In this document: piece after piece, positions 10,012-18,755 of the stretch
Numbering within the stretch: the first letter of the stretch is position 1
How the letters are laid out: every line of letters begins with the position of its first letter
Assembly: GCA_045595225.1 (NCBI GenBank)
Contig: JAZOAD010000045.1
Coordinates: 1,733-65,732, forward strand
Direction of reading: 5' to 3'
Length of the DNA stretch: 64,000 bases
Origin: Faecousia sp.
GTDB lineage: Bacteria > Bacillota > Clostridia > Oscillospirales > Oscillospiraceae
Program-made: the position numbers and the translations under genes
The notes under the pieces: generated by a model
Database searches by the model: none
What the model was told of the DNA's origin: nothing
What the model saw: the letters and a program-made list of their open reading frames with translations, nothing else

Positions 10012-10038
10012 TTCCGGGGTGTATACCCCGGAATTTTT
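10012..10038 (+). terminator. Intrinsic terminator after the gtrA-like gene
   Basis: TTCCGGGGT/ACCCCGGAA stem plus T-run. Confidence 0.65.
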
Positions 10039-10157
10039 CTTGATTTTTCCAAACAGATTGTTGCATTTCGTAGTAATTTGTGGTAAGATACAACTTGGAA
10101 TTCATAAGGCTCCGGGGTGCAAGAACCTGGGGCAAATAAATAAGGAGGATTCTAAAA

Positions 10158-11828
10158 ATGAAGAAAATCAACAAGCTTTTGAGCGTGGTTCTGTGCCTGG
10201 CTATGGTTATGGGCCTGGCTGTGGCTGTTTCTGCCGCAGACACCACCAATGCTCTGACTTCTGCCGATGAGCTGGTCAGCGGTACATACTATATCGTCTG
10301 CTCCAACGGCGAAAGCCTGGGTACTGTGGACGGCACCTGGATCACCGTGGGTGAATCCCTGTGGACTGTCACCGTTACTGAGGGCGGCGTTACCCTGTGC
10401 GATGCCAATGGCATGTTCATTGCTCCTAAGGGCGGCGACAAGAATGGTCTTAACACCACGGAATATACTTGGGCTGTTTCCTGCACCGATGGCCTGTTCA
10501 CCTTTGCCGGCCAGGGAGAAGACACTGTTTACCTGGCATTCAACAGCAGCCCCAATTACTACAAGTTCCGTGGCTACAAGGTCAGCACCTGCACCGGTGA
10601 AAATGCTGCCGAGTATCCTTCCGCATTCTATCTGATTCCCGCCAATGGCGGCGAGGATGAAGTTGTGCTTCCTGCCGGCCCCGTTGCCTGCGAGATCCCC
10701 GGTATCCTGACCTACACCTTCGAGACCGATGATGCCGCTTCCGCAGGCGTTCAGTTCCAGTGGACCGCTACTGCTGACGGCGAACTGTGCGTCGCCAGAA
10801 TGGGCGATGGCTACATGACCAATGTGCAGATCAACGGCACCTATGGCGAGATCGGCAACGAGGGTTATGTTGTTAAGACCGGCGATGTGGTAGACATTAT
10901 TGTTTATGCCTACGGCGCCGGCGCCATCAGCGTTCCTGTGGAATACATCACTGCCGGTGGCGAGGATGCCGCTGTCGGTACTGCCCAGAACCCCGAAGTG
11001 ATCGAGTCTCTGGCTGCCGGTATCGAAAAGACCCTGGAGTCCGGTGAGTATTTCTTCCAGTACACCGCTGCCAAGGCGGGCGAACTGACCATCACCACTG
11101 TTGGCGACGGCACCCATAACATGGAAGTCTTCGTCAATGGCGATGCCACCAAGATCCACTCCAACTGGGACAATGACGGCGCTTTCATTAAGCTTACCGT
11201 TGCTGAGGGTGACGTGCTGACCATCAAGGTTTACTTCGACTTCCCCGGCGCCGGCACCATCTCCTTCACCAGCGATTTTGACGCCGGCGAGCAGGGTGGC
11301 GAGGATCCCGTTCTTCCCACCGTTATCTCCATTGCTGACGGCAAGTATGTCATTTCCTGGAACGGTCTGACCTTCGCCGCTCTGGCTGAGGACAAGGGCT
11401 ACGGCTACGCTCCTGCCGGCGATGTCAATGCTCTGACCGATGCTGATTACATCACCATCGTCAATGTCGGCGACGGCAAGTTCACCATGCAGGACTGCTA
11501 CGGCCGTTACATCTATATGGCCGGCAGCTACAACTCCTTCAATGTTTCCGCTGAGATGCCTGCTGAGGGCTATCTCTGGACCCTTGAAGAGGCTGAGGGC
11601 GGTTACATGCTGAAGAATGTGGAGAAGGAAAAGTATGTGGCTTACAGCGAAGGTTACTCCACTTGGGGCAGCTATCCCACTGATAAGTCCGAGCCCGGCA
11701 TTCTGACCTTTACCGCTGTGGTGGAGAGTGATCCTAACCAGCCCACCGGCGATGCTATCTTTGCTGTTCTGGCTATCTTTGCCGCTTCCGGCATGGGCCT
11801 GACCGCTGTGGTTTCCAAGAAGAAGTAA
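10158..11828 (+). CDS. Secreted, probably sortase-anchored surface protein of unknown function
   Basis: Signal peptide ending AVSA; acidic beta-rich repeats; C-terminal QPTGD, TM and KKK. Confidence 0.8.
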   Translation: MKKINKLLSVVLCLAMVMGLAVAVSAADTTNALTSADELVSGTYYIVCSNGESLGTVDGTWITVGESLWTVTVTEGGVTLCDANGMFIAPKGGDKNGLNTTEYTWAVSCTDGLFTFAGQGEDTVYLAFNSSPNYYKFRGYKVSTCTGENAAEYPSAFYLIPANGGEDEVVLPAGPVACEIPGILTYTFETDDAASAGVQFQWTATADGELCVARMGDGYMTNVQINGTYGEIGNEGYVVKTGDVVDIIVYAYGAGAISVPVEYITAGGEDAAVGTAQNPEVIESLAAGIEKTLESGEYFFQYTAAKAGELTITTVGDGTHNMEVFVNGDATKIHSNWDNDGAFIKLTVAEGDVLTIKVYFDFPGAGTISFTSDFDAGEQGGEDPVLPTVISIADGKYVISWNGLTFAALAEDKGYGYAPAGDVNALTDADYITIVNVGDGKFTMQDCYGRYIYMAGSYNSFNVSAEMPAEGYLWTLEEAEGGYMLKNVEKEKYVAYSEGYSTWGSYPTDKSEPGILTFTAVVESDPNQPTGDAIFAVLAIFAASGMGLTAVVSKKK

Positions 11829-11844
11829 TTTCTACCGAAAATGC

Positions 11845-11873
11845 AAGCGCACCGCCGAGTGGCGGTGCGCTTT
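11845..11873. terminator. Bidirectional terminator hairpin
   Basis: AAGCGCACCGCC/GGCGGTGCGCTT between convergent genes. Confidence 0.75.
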
Positions 11874-11875
11874 CC

Positions 11876-12307
11876 TTATTTTAGATATTGTTTGAGAAAG
11901 GTGATGGCTTCCCGGTAGCCTTCAATGCCGTGACCGGCAATGGTTTTTACGCAGGCCATTCCGGCATAGGAAATATGGCGGAACGGTTCTCGCTGCAGGG
12001 GATTGGAGATATGGACCTCCACAGCAGGGATCGCCACGGCCTTCAAAGCATCCAAAATGGCAATGGAGGTGTGGGTATAGGCTGCCGGGTTGATGACGAT
12101 GCCGTCAACTACTCCATATGCATTTTGAATGCGGTCTACAATCTGACCTTCGTGATTGGATTGGAACTGCTGGATTTGAATGTTTTCACTTTTTGCGGTT
12201 TCTTCCAGCAGCTTCAGCAGGCCAGCGAAGGTTTCTTTTCCATAAATGTCCGGTTCCCGGATTCCGAGTAAATTGATGTTGGGGCCATTGATTACAAGGA
12301 TTTTCAT
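11876..12307 (-). CDS. aroQ: Type II 3-dehydroquinate dehydratase
   Basis: NGPNINLLGIREPDIYG, QSNHEG, INPAAYTHTS, EVHISN. Confidence 0.95.
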   Translation of the reverse strand: MKILVINGPNINLLGIREPDIYGKETFAGLLKLLEETAKSENIQIQQFQSNHEGQIVDRIQNAYGVVDGIVINPAAYTHTSIAILDALKAVAIPAVEVHISNPLQREPFRHISYAGMACVKTIAGHGIEGYREAITFLKQYLK

Positions 12308-13518
12308 AGAAGCACCTCCAAAATGGCTGCGGCGGACTCTGCCGGAGTGCCGTTGCTGTCAATTATGTGGTCTGCGAACTGAGCGTATAGCGGTTTTCTG
12401 GCTGCGTACATTTGGTGAAGATCATGCTTGATAGATAGGGGCCGTCCGTCGATTGGCAGGGAGTCTACTGATCGCTGCAACCAGAATATTGTGCCATTTT
12501 GGTGTAAAATCGGATAGTTTCGCTCCATTGTGACGCATCCACCGCCGGTGGCGATGACCAGACCGGAGTTTTTTCCGCATAATTCAAGCGTTTCTGTTTC
12601 CCAATCGCGAAAGCGGGATTCACCCTCCTGGGCGAAGATGGTCGGAATTGATTTTTTTGCCAGTTTCTCAACTTCCTTGTCCATGTCCGCGAAAGCGCGA
12701 CCGGTATGGGTCGCTAACATTCGGCCTACGGTGGTTTTTCCACAGCCGGGCATGCCGATGAGAATGACATTCTCCATCCGGGACTTTAATATCCGGTGAA
12801 TTTCTGCAATTCTATTGTCAGATATGGTTGTGCCCGTAAACCACTCAGCCGCTTCTTTGGCCTGGGCGACAAGCATCCAAAGGCCGTTGATCGTGATGAT
12901 GCCCTGTTTTTCCGCGTCCATCAGCAGTTTGGTTCGGGCGGGATTGTAAATCAAGTCCAGTACACCCTCCAAGTGGGTGAAAACGGACAATTCCACAGGT
13001 GAAATACCTGTATTGGGGTACATACCCACCGGCGTGGTGTTGACAACAATGGCGGCATCTTCGTGACAGCGGATATTTCCGTAATTGTGATCGCCGCTTC
13101 GGGAAATCACGATCACTTCCGCGCCCAGCATTTTCAGAACGGCCTGGGCCACCCTGGATGCGCCGCCGCTACCTAAAATCACACACTTTTTGCTGGTAGG
13201 GGAAAGGCCGCTTTTTTTGACCATAGCAAGGAAACCGGCGTAATCTGTGTTATGACCTACAAGCTTGCCATCCCGGCGGACAATGGTATTGACCGCTCCC
13301 AATTGGGCGGCGATCGGTGTTAATTCGTCTAAGTAGGGAATGACAGCTTGTTTATAGGGCATGGTCACATTCAAGCCGGAAAAATCCCCATTTCGAAGAA
13401 AGGCTTCCAATTCGGAAGGCTCTTTCTCGTACAGACGATATTCGTAATCAGCCAGCAGACCGTGGATCTGCGGAGAGTAGCTATGGCCCAATGTTTGTCC
13501 CAGTAAGCCACATTTCAT
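12304..13518 (-). CDS. aroE: Shikimate dehydrogenase-shikimate kinase fusion
   Basis: HSYSPQIH, NVTMPYK, HNTD, GSGGAS and DLIYNP, then LIGMPGCGKTT, GGG and RPL; start at MKCGLLG. Confidence 0.9.
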   Translation of the reverse strand: MKCGLLGQTLGHSYSPQIHGLLADYEYRLYEKEPSELEAFLRNGDFSGLNVTMPYKQAVIPYLDELTPIAAQLGAVNTIVRRDGKLVGHNTDYAGFLAMVKKSGLSPTSKKCVILGSGGASRVAQAVLKMLGAEVIVISRSGDHNYGNIRCHEDAAIVVNTTPVGMYPNTGISPVELSVFTHLEGVLDLIYNPARTKLLMDAEKQGIITINGLWMLVAQAKEAAEWFTGTTISDNRIAEIHRILKSRMENVILIGMPGCGKTTVGRMLATHTGRAFADMDKEVEKLAKKSIPTIFAQEGESRFRDWETETLELCGKNSGLVIATGGGCVTMERNYPILHQNGTIFWLQRSVDSLPIDGRPLSIKHDLHQMYAARKPLYAQFADHIIDSNGTPAESAAAILEVLL

Positions 13519-13519
13519 A

Positions 13520-14386
13520 CTATACCACCTCAGTATAACTGCCCAGATAGGTAAAATCCCGGCACAGATCCTGCAGTTCGCAGATAAACAGCAGAAATTC
13601 TTCGGAATAGACAGAGGTTTCCAGATCAAAGTAGAACATTGCCTGGAAATTTTTCTCAGTAATGGGCCTGGATTCCAAACGAACCACGTTGATACCCAGT
13701 GTATAAAGTCTGGAAAGCACTTTATATAGAGCACCGGGGCGGTCAGCCAGGGCCATACGGATGGTGCTGCGATTAGCACCGGGATAGATCTCCAGCTGGC
13801 GGGCGACGCAGACATACTGCCCCCCATCGCTGAGCCGGCTGGAACGGACAATATACAGCTGGTGCTCTGTCAGCAGGTCAAGGATCCGCTTCAGATCATG
13901 ATCCACCGGCAGAATGCCATAGCGGCACAAGCCCTGCGAAACGGCGGACAGGATGCTGTCCGGCGTTTTGAAGGGCAGGCAAGCATAGCTACCAAGCAGT
14001 TTTCTACAGATCAAATCCGCGTCACATTGTTCTGAATTCATGCAGGCAACGGAAGCTTCTCTCGGCAGCATTTTGGGAGTAGACTCCACCGCTTCATTGA
14101 TGCGGGTGAACAAATCCGTTCTGGTGGCATTGCGCTTGGATTGATAGCCACGGCTCAGTTCAAATAACAGGTTATAAAGCACGCGGGTGTATACTTCCAG
14201 ATCCGGTCCTGCCTTTTGCGCCACATCCCGCAGCTTTTCCTGCTCCCGGGTGGGCACCAGAATAGGCAGGCCGTTTTCCTTCTTGTAGTCGGCAATGCGG
14301 GCAGATACTTCCATGCGCTGGGCAAAAAGCCGCACCAGTTCATCATCGATCAGGTCAATTTCGTTTCGTAATTCTTTCAGATCCAT
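13520..14386 (-). CDS. pheA: Chorismate mutase + degenerate prephenate-dehydratase-like domain + ACT domain
   Basis: AroQ-class CM (LRNEIDLID...R...IADYK...RE); ACT (DRPGALY...GIN..RLESRP); central domain shortened. Confidence 0.7.
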   Translation of the reverse strand: MDLKELRNEIDLIDDELVRLFAQRMEVSARIADYKKENGLPILVPTREQEKLRDVAQKAGPDLEVYTRVLYNLLFELSRGYQSKRNATRTDLFTRINEAVESTPKMLPREASVACMNSEQCDADLICRKLLGSYACLPFKTPDSILSAVSQGLCRYGILPVDHDLKRILDLLTEHQLYIVRSSRLSDGGQYVCVARQLEIYPGANRSTIRMALADRPGALYKVLSRLYTLGINVVRLESRPITEKNFQAMFYFDLETSVYSEEFLLFICELQDLCRDFTYLGSYTEVV

Positions 14387-15457
14387 TCAGATTCCTCCCA
14401 GGATCAAATCGTATATGGCAATGGCTGCCGCTGCTTCCACTACGGGCACCGCCCTTGGGACGATGCAGGGATCATGACGGCCTTTTATCTCAATGGTAAC
14501 TTCTTTCATGGTCTTTAAGTTGACACTTTGCTGGGGCTTGGAGATGGATGGTGTGGGCTTGAAGGTGGCGTTGAATACCAGTGGCATACCGTTGGTAATA
14601 CCGCCCAAAATACCGCCGCAATTGTTGGTTGTGGTTTTGATCACACCGTTTTCCGCTGTGTAGCAGTCGTTGGCTAAGCCACCGCAGGCAATGGCATAGG
14701 ATTGCCCCTGACCGAATTCCAAAGCTTTTACGGCAGGAATGCCGTAGACGATTTGGGCAATTTTGGATTCCACACCGTCAAACATAGGACCACCCAAGCC
14801 AACGGGGAGGCCAATGACCGCGCATTCAACGGTTCCGCCTACGCTTTCGCCCTCAGCTTTCGCCTTGGCGATGGTATTTTGCATGATTTCGGCAGATTCA
14901 TGGGACAAAGTCGGAAAACCGGGGCCGATTTTTTCCAGTTCCGGGCGAAAAAGGTTGAAGTATTCGCCTTCCATCAGGCCGATTTGAACGATATGGGCCC
15001 CAATGCGGATGCCCATTTCCTCCAGCCACTGTTTGCACAGTCCACCGGCAATGCACATAGGCGCAGTCATTCGCCCGGAAAAAGGGCCGCCGCCGGACAT
15101 ATCAAAGTCCAGGCCGTATTTCATCCAGGCGGTGAAATCGGCGTGACCGGGCCGGGGAATATGTTTTAGTTCCTCGTAATCGGAGCGCCGGATATTTTGG
15201 TTTTCGATAATTGCGGTGATGGATTCGCCAGTAGTGACACCATCCGCAAGGCCGGATCGGAATAGGGGAATGTCTGCTTCTTTCCGGGAGGTGGACCAGG
15301 GGAAATTACCCGGAGCACGGCGGTTTAAAAAGGCCTGCAGCTTTTCTAAATCCACTTGCTTACCGGCTGGAATACCTTGTAGGGTCATACCGATTTCCGG
15401 GGCATGGGAGGAACCGAAAATAGTCAGTTTTAAGTTTTCACCGTAAGAACTGGTCAT
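14387..15457 (-). CDS. aroC: Chorismate synthase
   Basis: FGSSH, PRPGHAD, GGPFSGRMT, GGILGGITNG, KPTPSI, GRHDPC. Confidence 0.95.
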   Translation of the reverse strand: MTSSYGENLKLTIFGSSHAPEIGMTLQGIPAGKQVDLEKLQAFLNRRAPGNFPWSTSRKEADIPLFRSGLADGVTTGESITAIIENQNIRRSDYEELKHIPRPGHADFTAWMKYGLDFDMSGGGPFSGRMTAPMCIAGGLCKQWLEEMGIRIGAHIVQIGLMEGEYFNLFRPELEKIGPGFPTLSHESAEIMQNTIAKAKAEGESVGGTVECAVIGLPVGLGGPMFDGVESKIAQIVYGIPAVKALEFGQGQSYAIACGGLANDCYTAENGVIKTTTNNCGGILGGITNGMPLVFNATFKPTPSISKPQQSVNLKTMKEVTIEIKGRHDPCIVPRAVPVVEAAAAIAIYDLILGGI

Positions 15458-16607
15458 ATTTTCCTCCTAACAAATAATAGTCCTCCCAAAAATTGGGATA
15501 GGATTTTTTGACACATTCAGCGTCGAGAATCGTGACGGGGGTTTTACAGACGGTTGCGGAAATGGCCGCGGACATGGCAATGCGATGATCATTCCGGCTG
15601 TCAACTTTGCCGCCGCAAAGCCCTGTGCCGTGGACGGTGAGGGTGTTTTCTGTAGCCTCCGCTTTGCCGCCAAGACTTTCGATCATGGCGATAACAGACG
15701 CAACGCGGTCGGATTCCTTATAGCGAAGCCGATGAATATCCGTAAATACGGCGCCGTGATTGGCGGCGGCCACAACGGACAATATGGGAATGAGATCCGG
15801 AATATTTGAGGCAGAAATGGCGGGGCGTTCTTTGGCCAGTAAGGGTAAAAGGTCTAAAACAGCGCGATCACCCTGGATCGAACCGTCATGCAAATTCTCG
15901 ATACATATGCCATCGCTGCCCAAATACGCGGCGGCAACCCAAAAGGCGCCGCTGCTCCAATCGCCTTCCACAGTAACGCGGCCGGGGGAGTGGTAATTCG
16001 GCGCGCGGAAAAACGCCATGGCGGCTTTTGTCATGGCGATATATGAGGTTGATTCCTGCTTGCCGATTACATCCAGCGTGCTGTCAGGCAACAATGACAA
16101 GGCAAACAGCAATCCCGATACGAACTGGCTGGAAATGCCGCCGTCGATGGAGTATTGCCCCTGGCGCAGCTTCCCGGTACAGCGGATCGTGTTTTCACCA
16201 GGACGGGAAAGGCGACAGCCCATTCGCTCCATCTCCTCCCACAAGGGGGATAGTGGGCGATGGGGAAGGCGGCCTTCCAAAAGGAAGGTAGCATCGATGC
16301 CCAAAGCCCCAACAATGGGCAGCAGAAAACGCAGGGTCGCGCCGCTTTCTCCGCAAGGAAGTGTTGCGGTGCTCGGAAAATTGGAAATAGGAAAGACGGA
16401 ATATCCGGTTTCCGTTGGGATAATTTTCGCGCCCAAGGCACGAAGGCATTGGGCGGTTGCCTCGATGTCCGCATTGGTTTCCGGGCAGATCAGCTGTGTC
16501 GGATTGTCTGCCATGGCGGCGCAGATCAAATAGCGGTGCGCCATGGATTTGGACGGCGGAACGGAAACGTTTCCACGAAGCAGTCTGGGTTGAATGGTAA
16601 TGTCCAT
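15438..16607 (-). CDS. aroA: EPSP synthase
   Basis: PPSKS..HR, CGESGATLRF, SSQFVSG, LRYKESDR, DHRIAM, KKSYPNF. Confidence 0.93.
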   Translation of the reverse strand: MDITIQPRLLRGNVSVPPSKSMAHRYLICAAMADNPTQLICPETNADIEATAQCLRALGAKIIPTETGYSVFPISNFPSTATLPCGESGATLRFLLPIVGALGIDATFLLEGRLPHRPLSPLWEEMERMGCRLSRPGENTIRCTGKLRQGQYSIDGGISSQFVSGLLFALSLLPDSTLDVIGKQESTSYIAMTKAAMAFFRAPNYHSPGRVTVEGDWSSGAFWVAAAYLGSDGICIENLHDGSIQGDRAVLDLLPLLAKERPAISASNIPDLIPILSVVAAANHGAVFTDIHRLRYKESDRVASVIAMIESLGGKAEATENTLTVHGTGLCGGKVDSRNDHRIAMSAAISATVCKTPVTILDAECVKKSYPNFWEDYYLLGGKYDQFLR

Positions 16608-17642
16608 TTATATACCTTCTTCAATAAAGGTTTTCAAATTGACAGTGGGGGTGGGCACAATGGCGCAGTTGCCAATTGCCTTCGGAAGAATAAGATTAAG
16701 CGTATTGCCCCTGCGTTTTTTGTCAGCAAGCATGACTTCCAGCAACGCGTCGGGCGAAAGATCTGTGCGGATGGGCAAGCCGAATTTTTGCAGCAAGGAC
16801 AGCAGACGGTCGGTATCGTTACATTTTGCGGCGCGGGCAACCATTGCCATGCCGATAGAAACGGCGCGTCCGTGGGAAACGGCAAAGTGACTGCATGCTT
16901 CTATGGCATGACCGATGGTGTGGCCCAAATTCAGCAGCTGGCGCCGGTCTGTGTCAAGCTCGTCCTGTGTGACGACCTGACTTTTGAGGGCTACACACCG
17001 GGCGATGACAGATTCCCGGTCAAAGGAAAGACCTGCCTTTTCCAAATGGGAAAAAAGGGTGGGATCATAGAGCATTCCGTACTTGATAACTTCCGAGCAG
17101 CCGTCCTGGAAGGACACCGCAGGCAGGGTGTCCAATGTATCCATGTCACAGATCACCGCGTCGGGCTGATAGAACACCCCGGCAAGATTTTTGCCGGAAG
17201 GCAGATCAATGCCGGTCTTACCGCCAACAGAGGAATCCACCATAGCCAGAAGGGTAGTGGGGACTTGAATGTAGGGAATGCCACGCAGATAAGTAGCGGC
17301 GGCAAAGCCCGCCAGATCGCCTACAACGCCGCCGCCCAGAGCCACGATGCAATCGCTGCGGGTCAGGCCGATTTGGGCCAGGAAATTGAGAAGCTCCAAA
17401 TAGGTTTGGGCATTTTTGCTGTTTTCTCCGGCTGGAAATAGGAAGCTGCAGCTGTCCAATCCGGCGCCATGCAGGCTTTCGGAAACAATGCCTCCGTAAA
17501 GCGGAAAAACATGACTATCGCTGATAATGCAGACTTTTTTAGCATTTGTTAGAGCGCGGATCGTCTCACCGACCCTATGCAGAACGCCGCTGCCAATGGT
17601 GACGATGTATTTTTTGGAAGCGTTTACGGATACTTCTGTCAT
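16608..17642 (-). CDS. aroB: 3-dehydroquinate synthase
   Basis: GGGVVGDLAGF, PTTLLAMVDSSVGGKTG, LNLGHTIGHAIE, DKK. Confidence 0.95.
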   Translation of the reverse strand: MTEVSVNASKKYIVTIGSGVLHRVGETIRALTNAKKVCIISDSHVFPLYGGIVSESLHGAGLDSCSFLFPAGENSKNAQTYLELLNFLAQIGLTRSDCIVALGGGVVGDLAGFAAATYLRGIPYIQVPTTLLAMVDSSVGGKTGIDLPSGKNLAGVFYQPDAVICDMDTLDTLPAVSFQDGCSEVIKYGMLYDPTLFSHLEKAGLSFDRESVIARCVALKSQVVTQDELDTDRRQLLNLGHTIGHAIEACSHFAVSHGRAVSIGMAMVARAAKCNDTDRLLSLLQKFGLPIRTDLSPDALLEVMLADKKRRGNTLNLILPKAIGNCAIVPTPTVNLKTFIEEGI

Positions 17643-18640
17643 GCCATAACCTCCCGAATTTTACGAATACGCTCAGTCATATCCGCGAATTGCTCCGGTG
17701 TCAGCGATTGCGCGCCATCAGAAAGAGCGTGGAAGGGATCGTTGTGTACCTCTATCATCAAACCGTCGACGCCTGCAGCGGTGGCCGCCAGGGCCATGGG
17801 CGCAACGAAGTCCGCCTTGCCGGTGCCATGGCTGGGGTCCACGACCACAGGAAGATGGCTCAAGCTGTGCAAGGCGGGAACGGCGGACAAGTCCAGCGTA
17901 TTGCGGGTATGGGTCTCAAAGGTACGGATACCACGCTCGCAGAGGATGATATTTGTGTTGCCTTCGCTCATGATATACTCCGCGCTCATCAGCAGTTCCT
18001 CCAGGGTAGAGGAGAGGCCACGCTTAAGGAGAACAGGAATGTTTGCGCGGCCCACTTCCTTCAGCAACTCAAAATTCTGCATATTTCGGGCGCCGATTTG
18101 GATAAGATCCAGGTCCCGGAACAGCTCCAGGTGATGAATATTCATAAGCTCCGAGCAGATGGGCAGACCCGTGGCTTTTTTCGCGGCGGATAGCATACGC
18201 AGGCCTTCTGCGCCAAGTCCCTGGAACGCATAGGGAGAAGTGCGGGGCTTAAAGGCGCCGCCACGGAGAACGGTGGCGCCGGCGGCCTTGACTGCCTGCG
18301 CTACCGAAAGGATCTGTTCTTCGGACTCTACAGAGCAGGGCCCCGCAATGACGGCGAAATGTCCGCCGCCGATTTTTGTGTTGCCGACTTGAACGACGGT
18401 GTCATTTGGGTGGAATTTTCGGTTGACCTGTTTAAAGGGCTCGCTGACACGCTTGACAGAGGCAACAATATCCATGGAAAGCAGCAGCTGAACATCCACC
18501 TTACCGGTGTCGCCGATCAGCCCTAGCAAAGTGACATCATTGGCAGGATAGACACAGACTTGAAGGCCTAGATTGCCAAGCCAGCGGATCAGATGTTCCT
18601 GTTGCAGGGGTGTTGTGCCGTGTTTCAGAACAGCGATCAT
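17639..18640 (-). CDS. aroF: DAHP synthase, class I-beta
   Basis: IAGPCSVES, RGGAFKPRTSPY, QIGARNMQNF, CERGIRTF, DPSHG. Confidence 0.93.
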   Translation of the reverse strand: MIAVLKHGTTPLQQEHLIRWLGNLGLQVCVYPANDVTLLGLIGDTGKVDVQLLLSMDIVASVKRVSEPFKQVNRKFHPNDTVVQVGNTKIGGGHFAVIAGPCSVESEEQILSVAQAVKAAGATVLRGGAFKPRTSPYAFQGLGAEGLRMLSAAKKATGLPICSELMNIHHLELFRDLDLIQIGARNMQNFELLKEVGRANIPVLLKRGLSSTLEELLMSAEYIMSEGNTNIILCERGIRTFETHTRNTLDLSAVPALHSLSHLPVVVDPSHGTGKADFVAPMALAATAAGVDGLMIEVHNDPFHALSDGAQSLTPEQFADMTERIRKIREVMA

Positions 18641-18680
18641 AATCGTTCCTCCCAATTAAGTGTTTAATAGGTTACTATTC

Positions 18681-18709
18681 ATTATATCACGCCTGATAAC
18701 AGATTGCAA
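18681..18709 (-). promoter_or_regulatory. Sigma-A promoter of the aro operon
   Basis: TTGCAA-17-TATAAT on the minus strand. Confidence 0.65.
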
Positions 18710-18722
18710 GAAAAAGACGAAA

Positions 18723-18750
18723 AAGCAGCCTTTTGGAGAAAAGGCTGCTT
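18723..18750 (-). terminator. Terminator of the kinase gene
   Basis: AAGCAGCCTTTT/AAAAGGCTGCTT hairpin with a T-run on the minus strand. Confidence 0.65.
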
Positions 18751-18755
18751 AACGT

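Noticed and set aside
12304-13518. AroE-AroK fusion as a novelty
   Set aside because: Such fusions are already familiar in Clostridia; the ORF-track start at 13851 is also too far upstream, inside pheA
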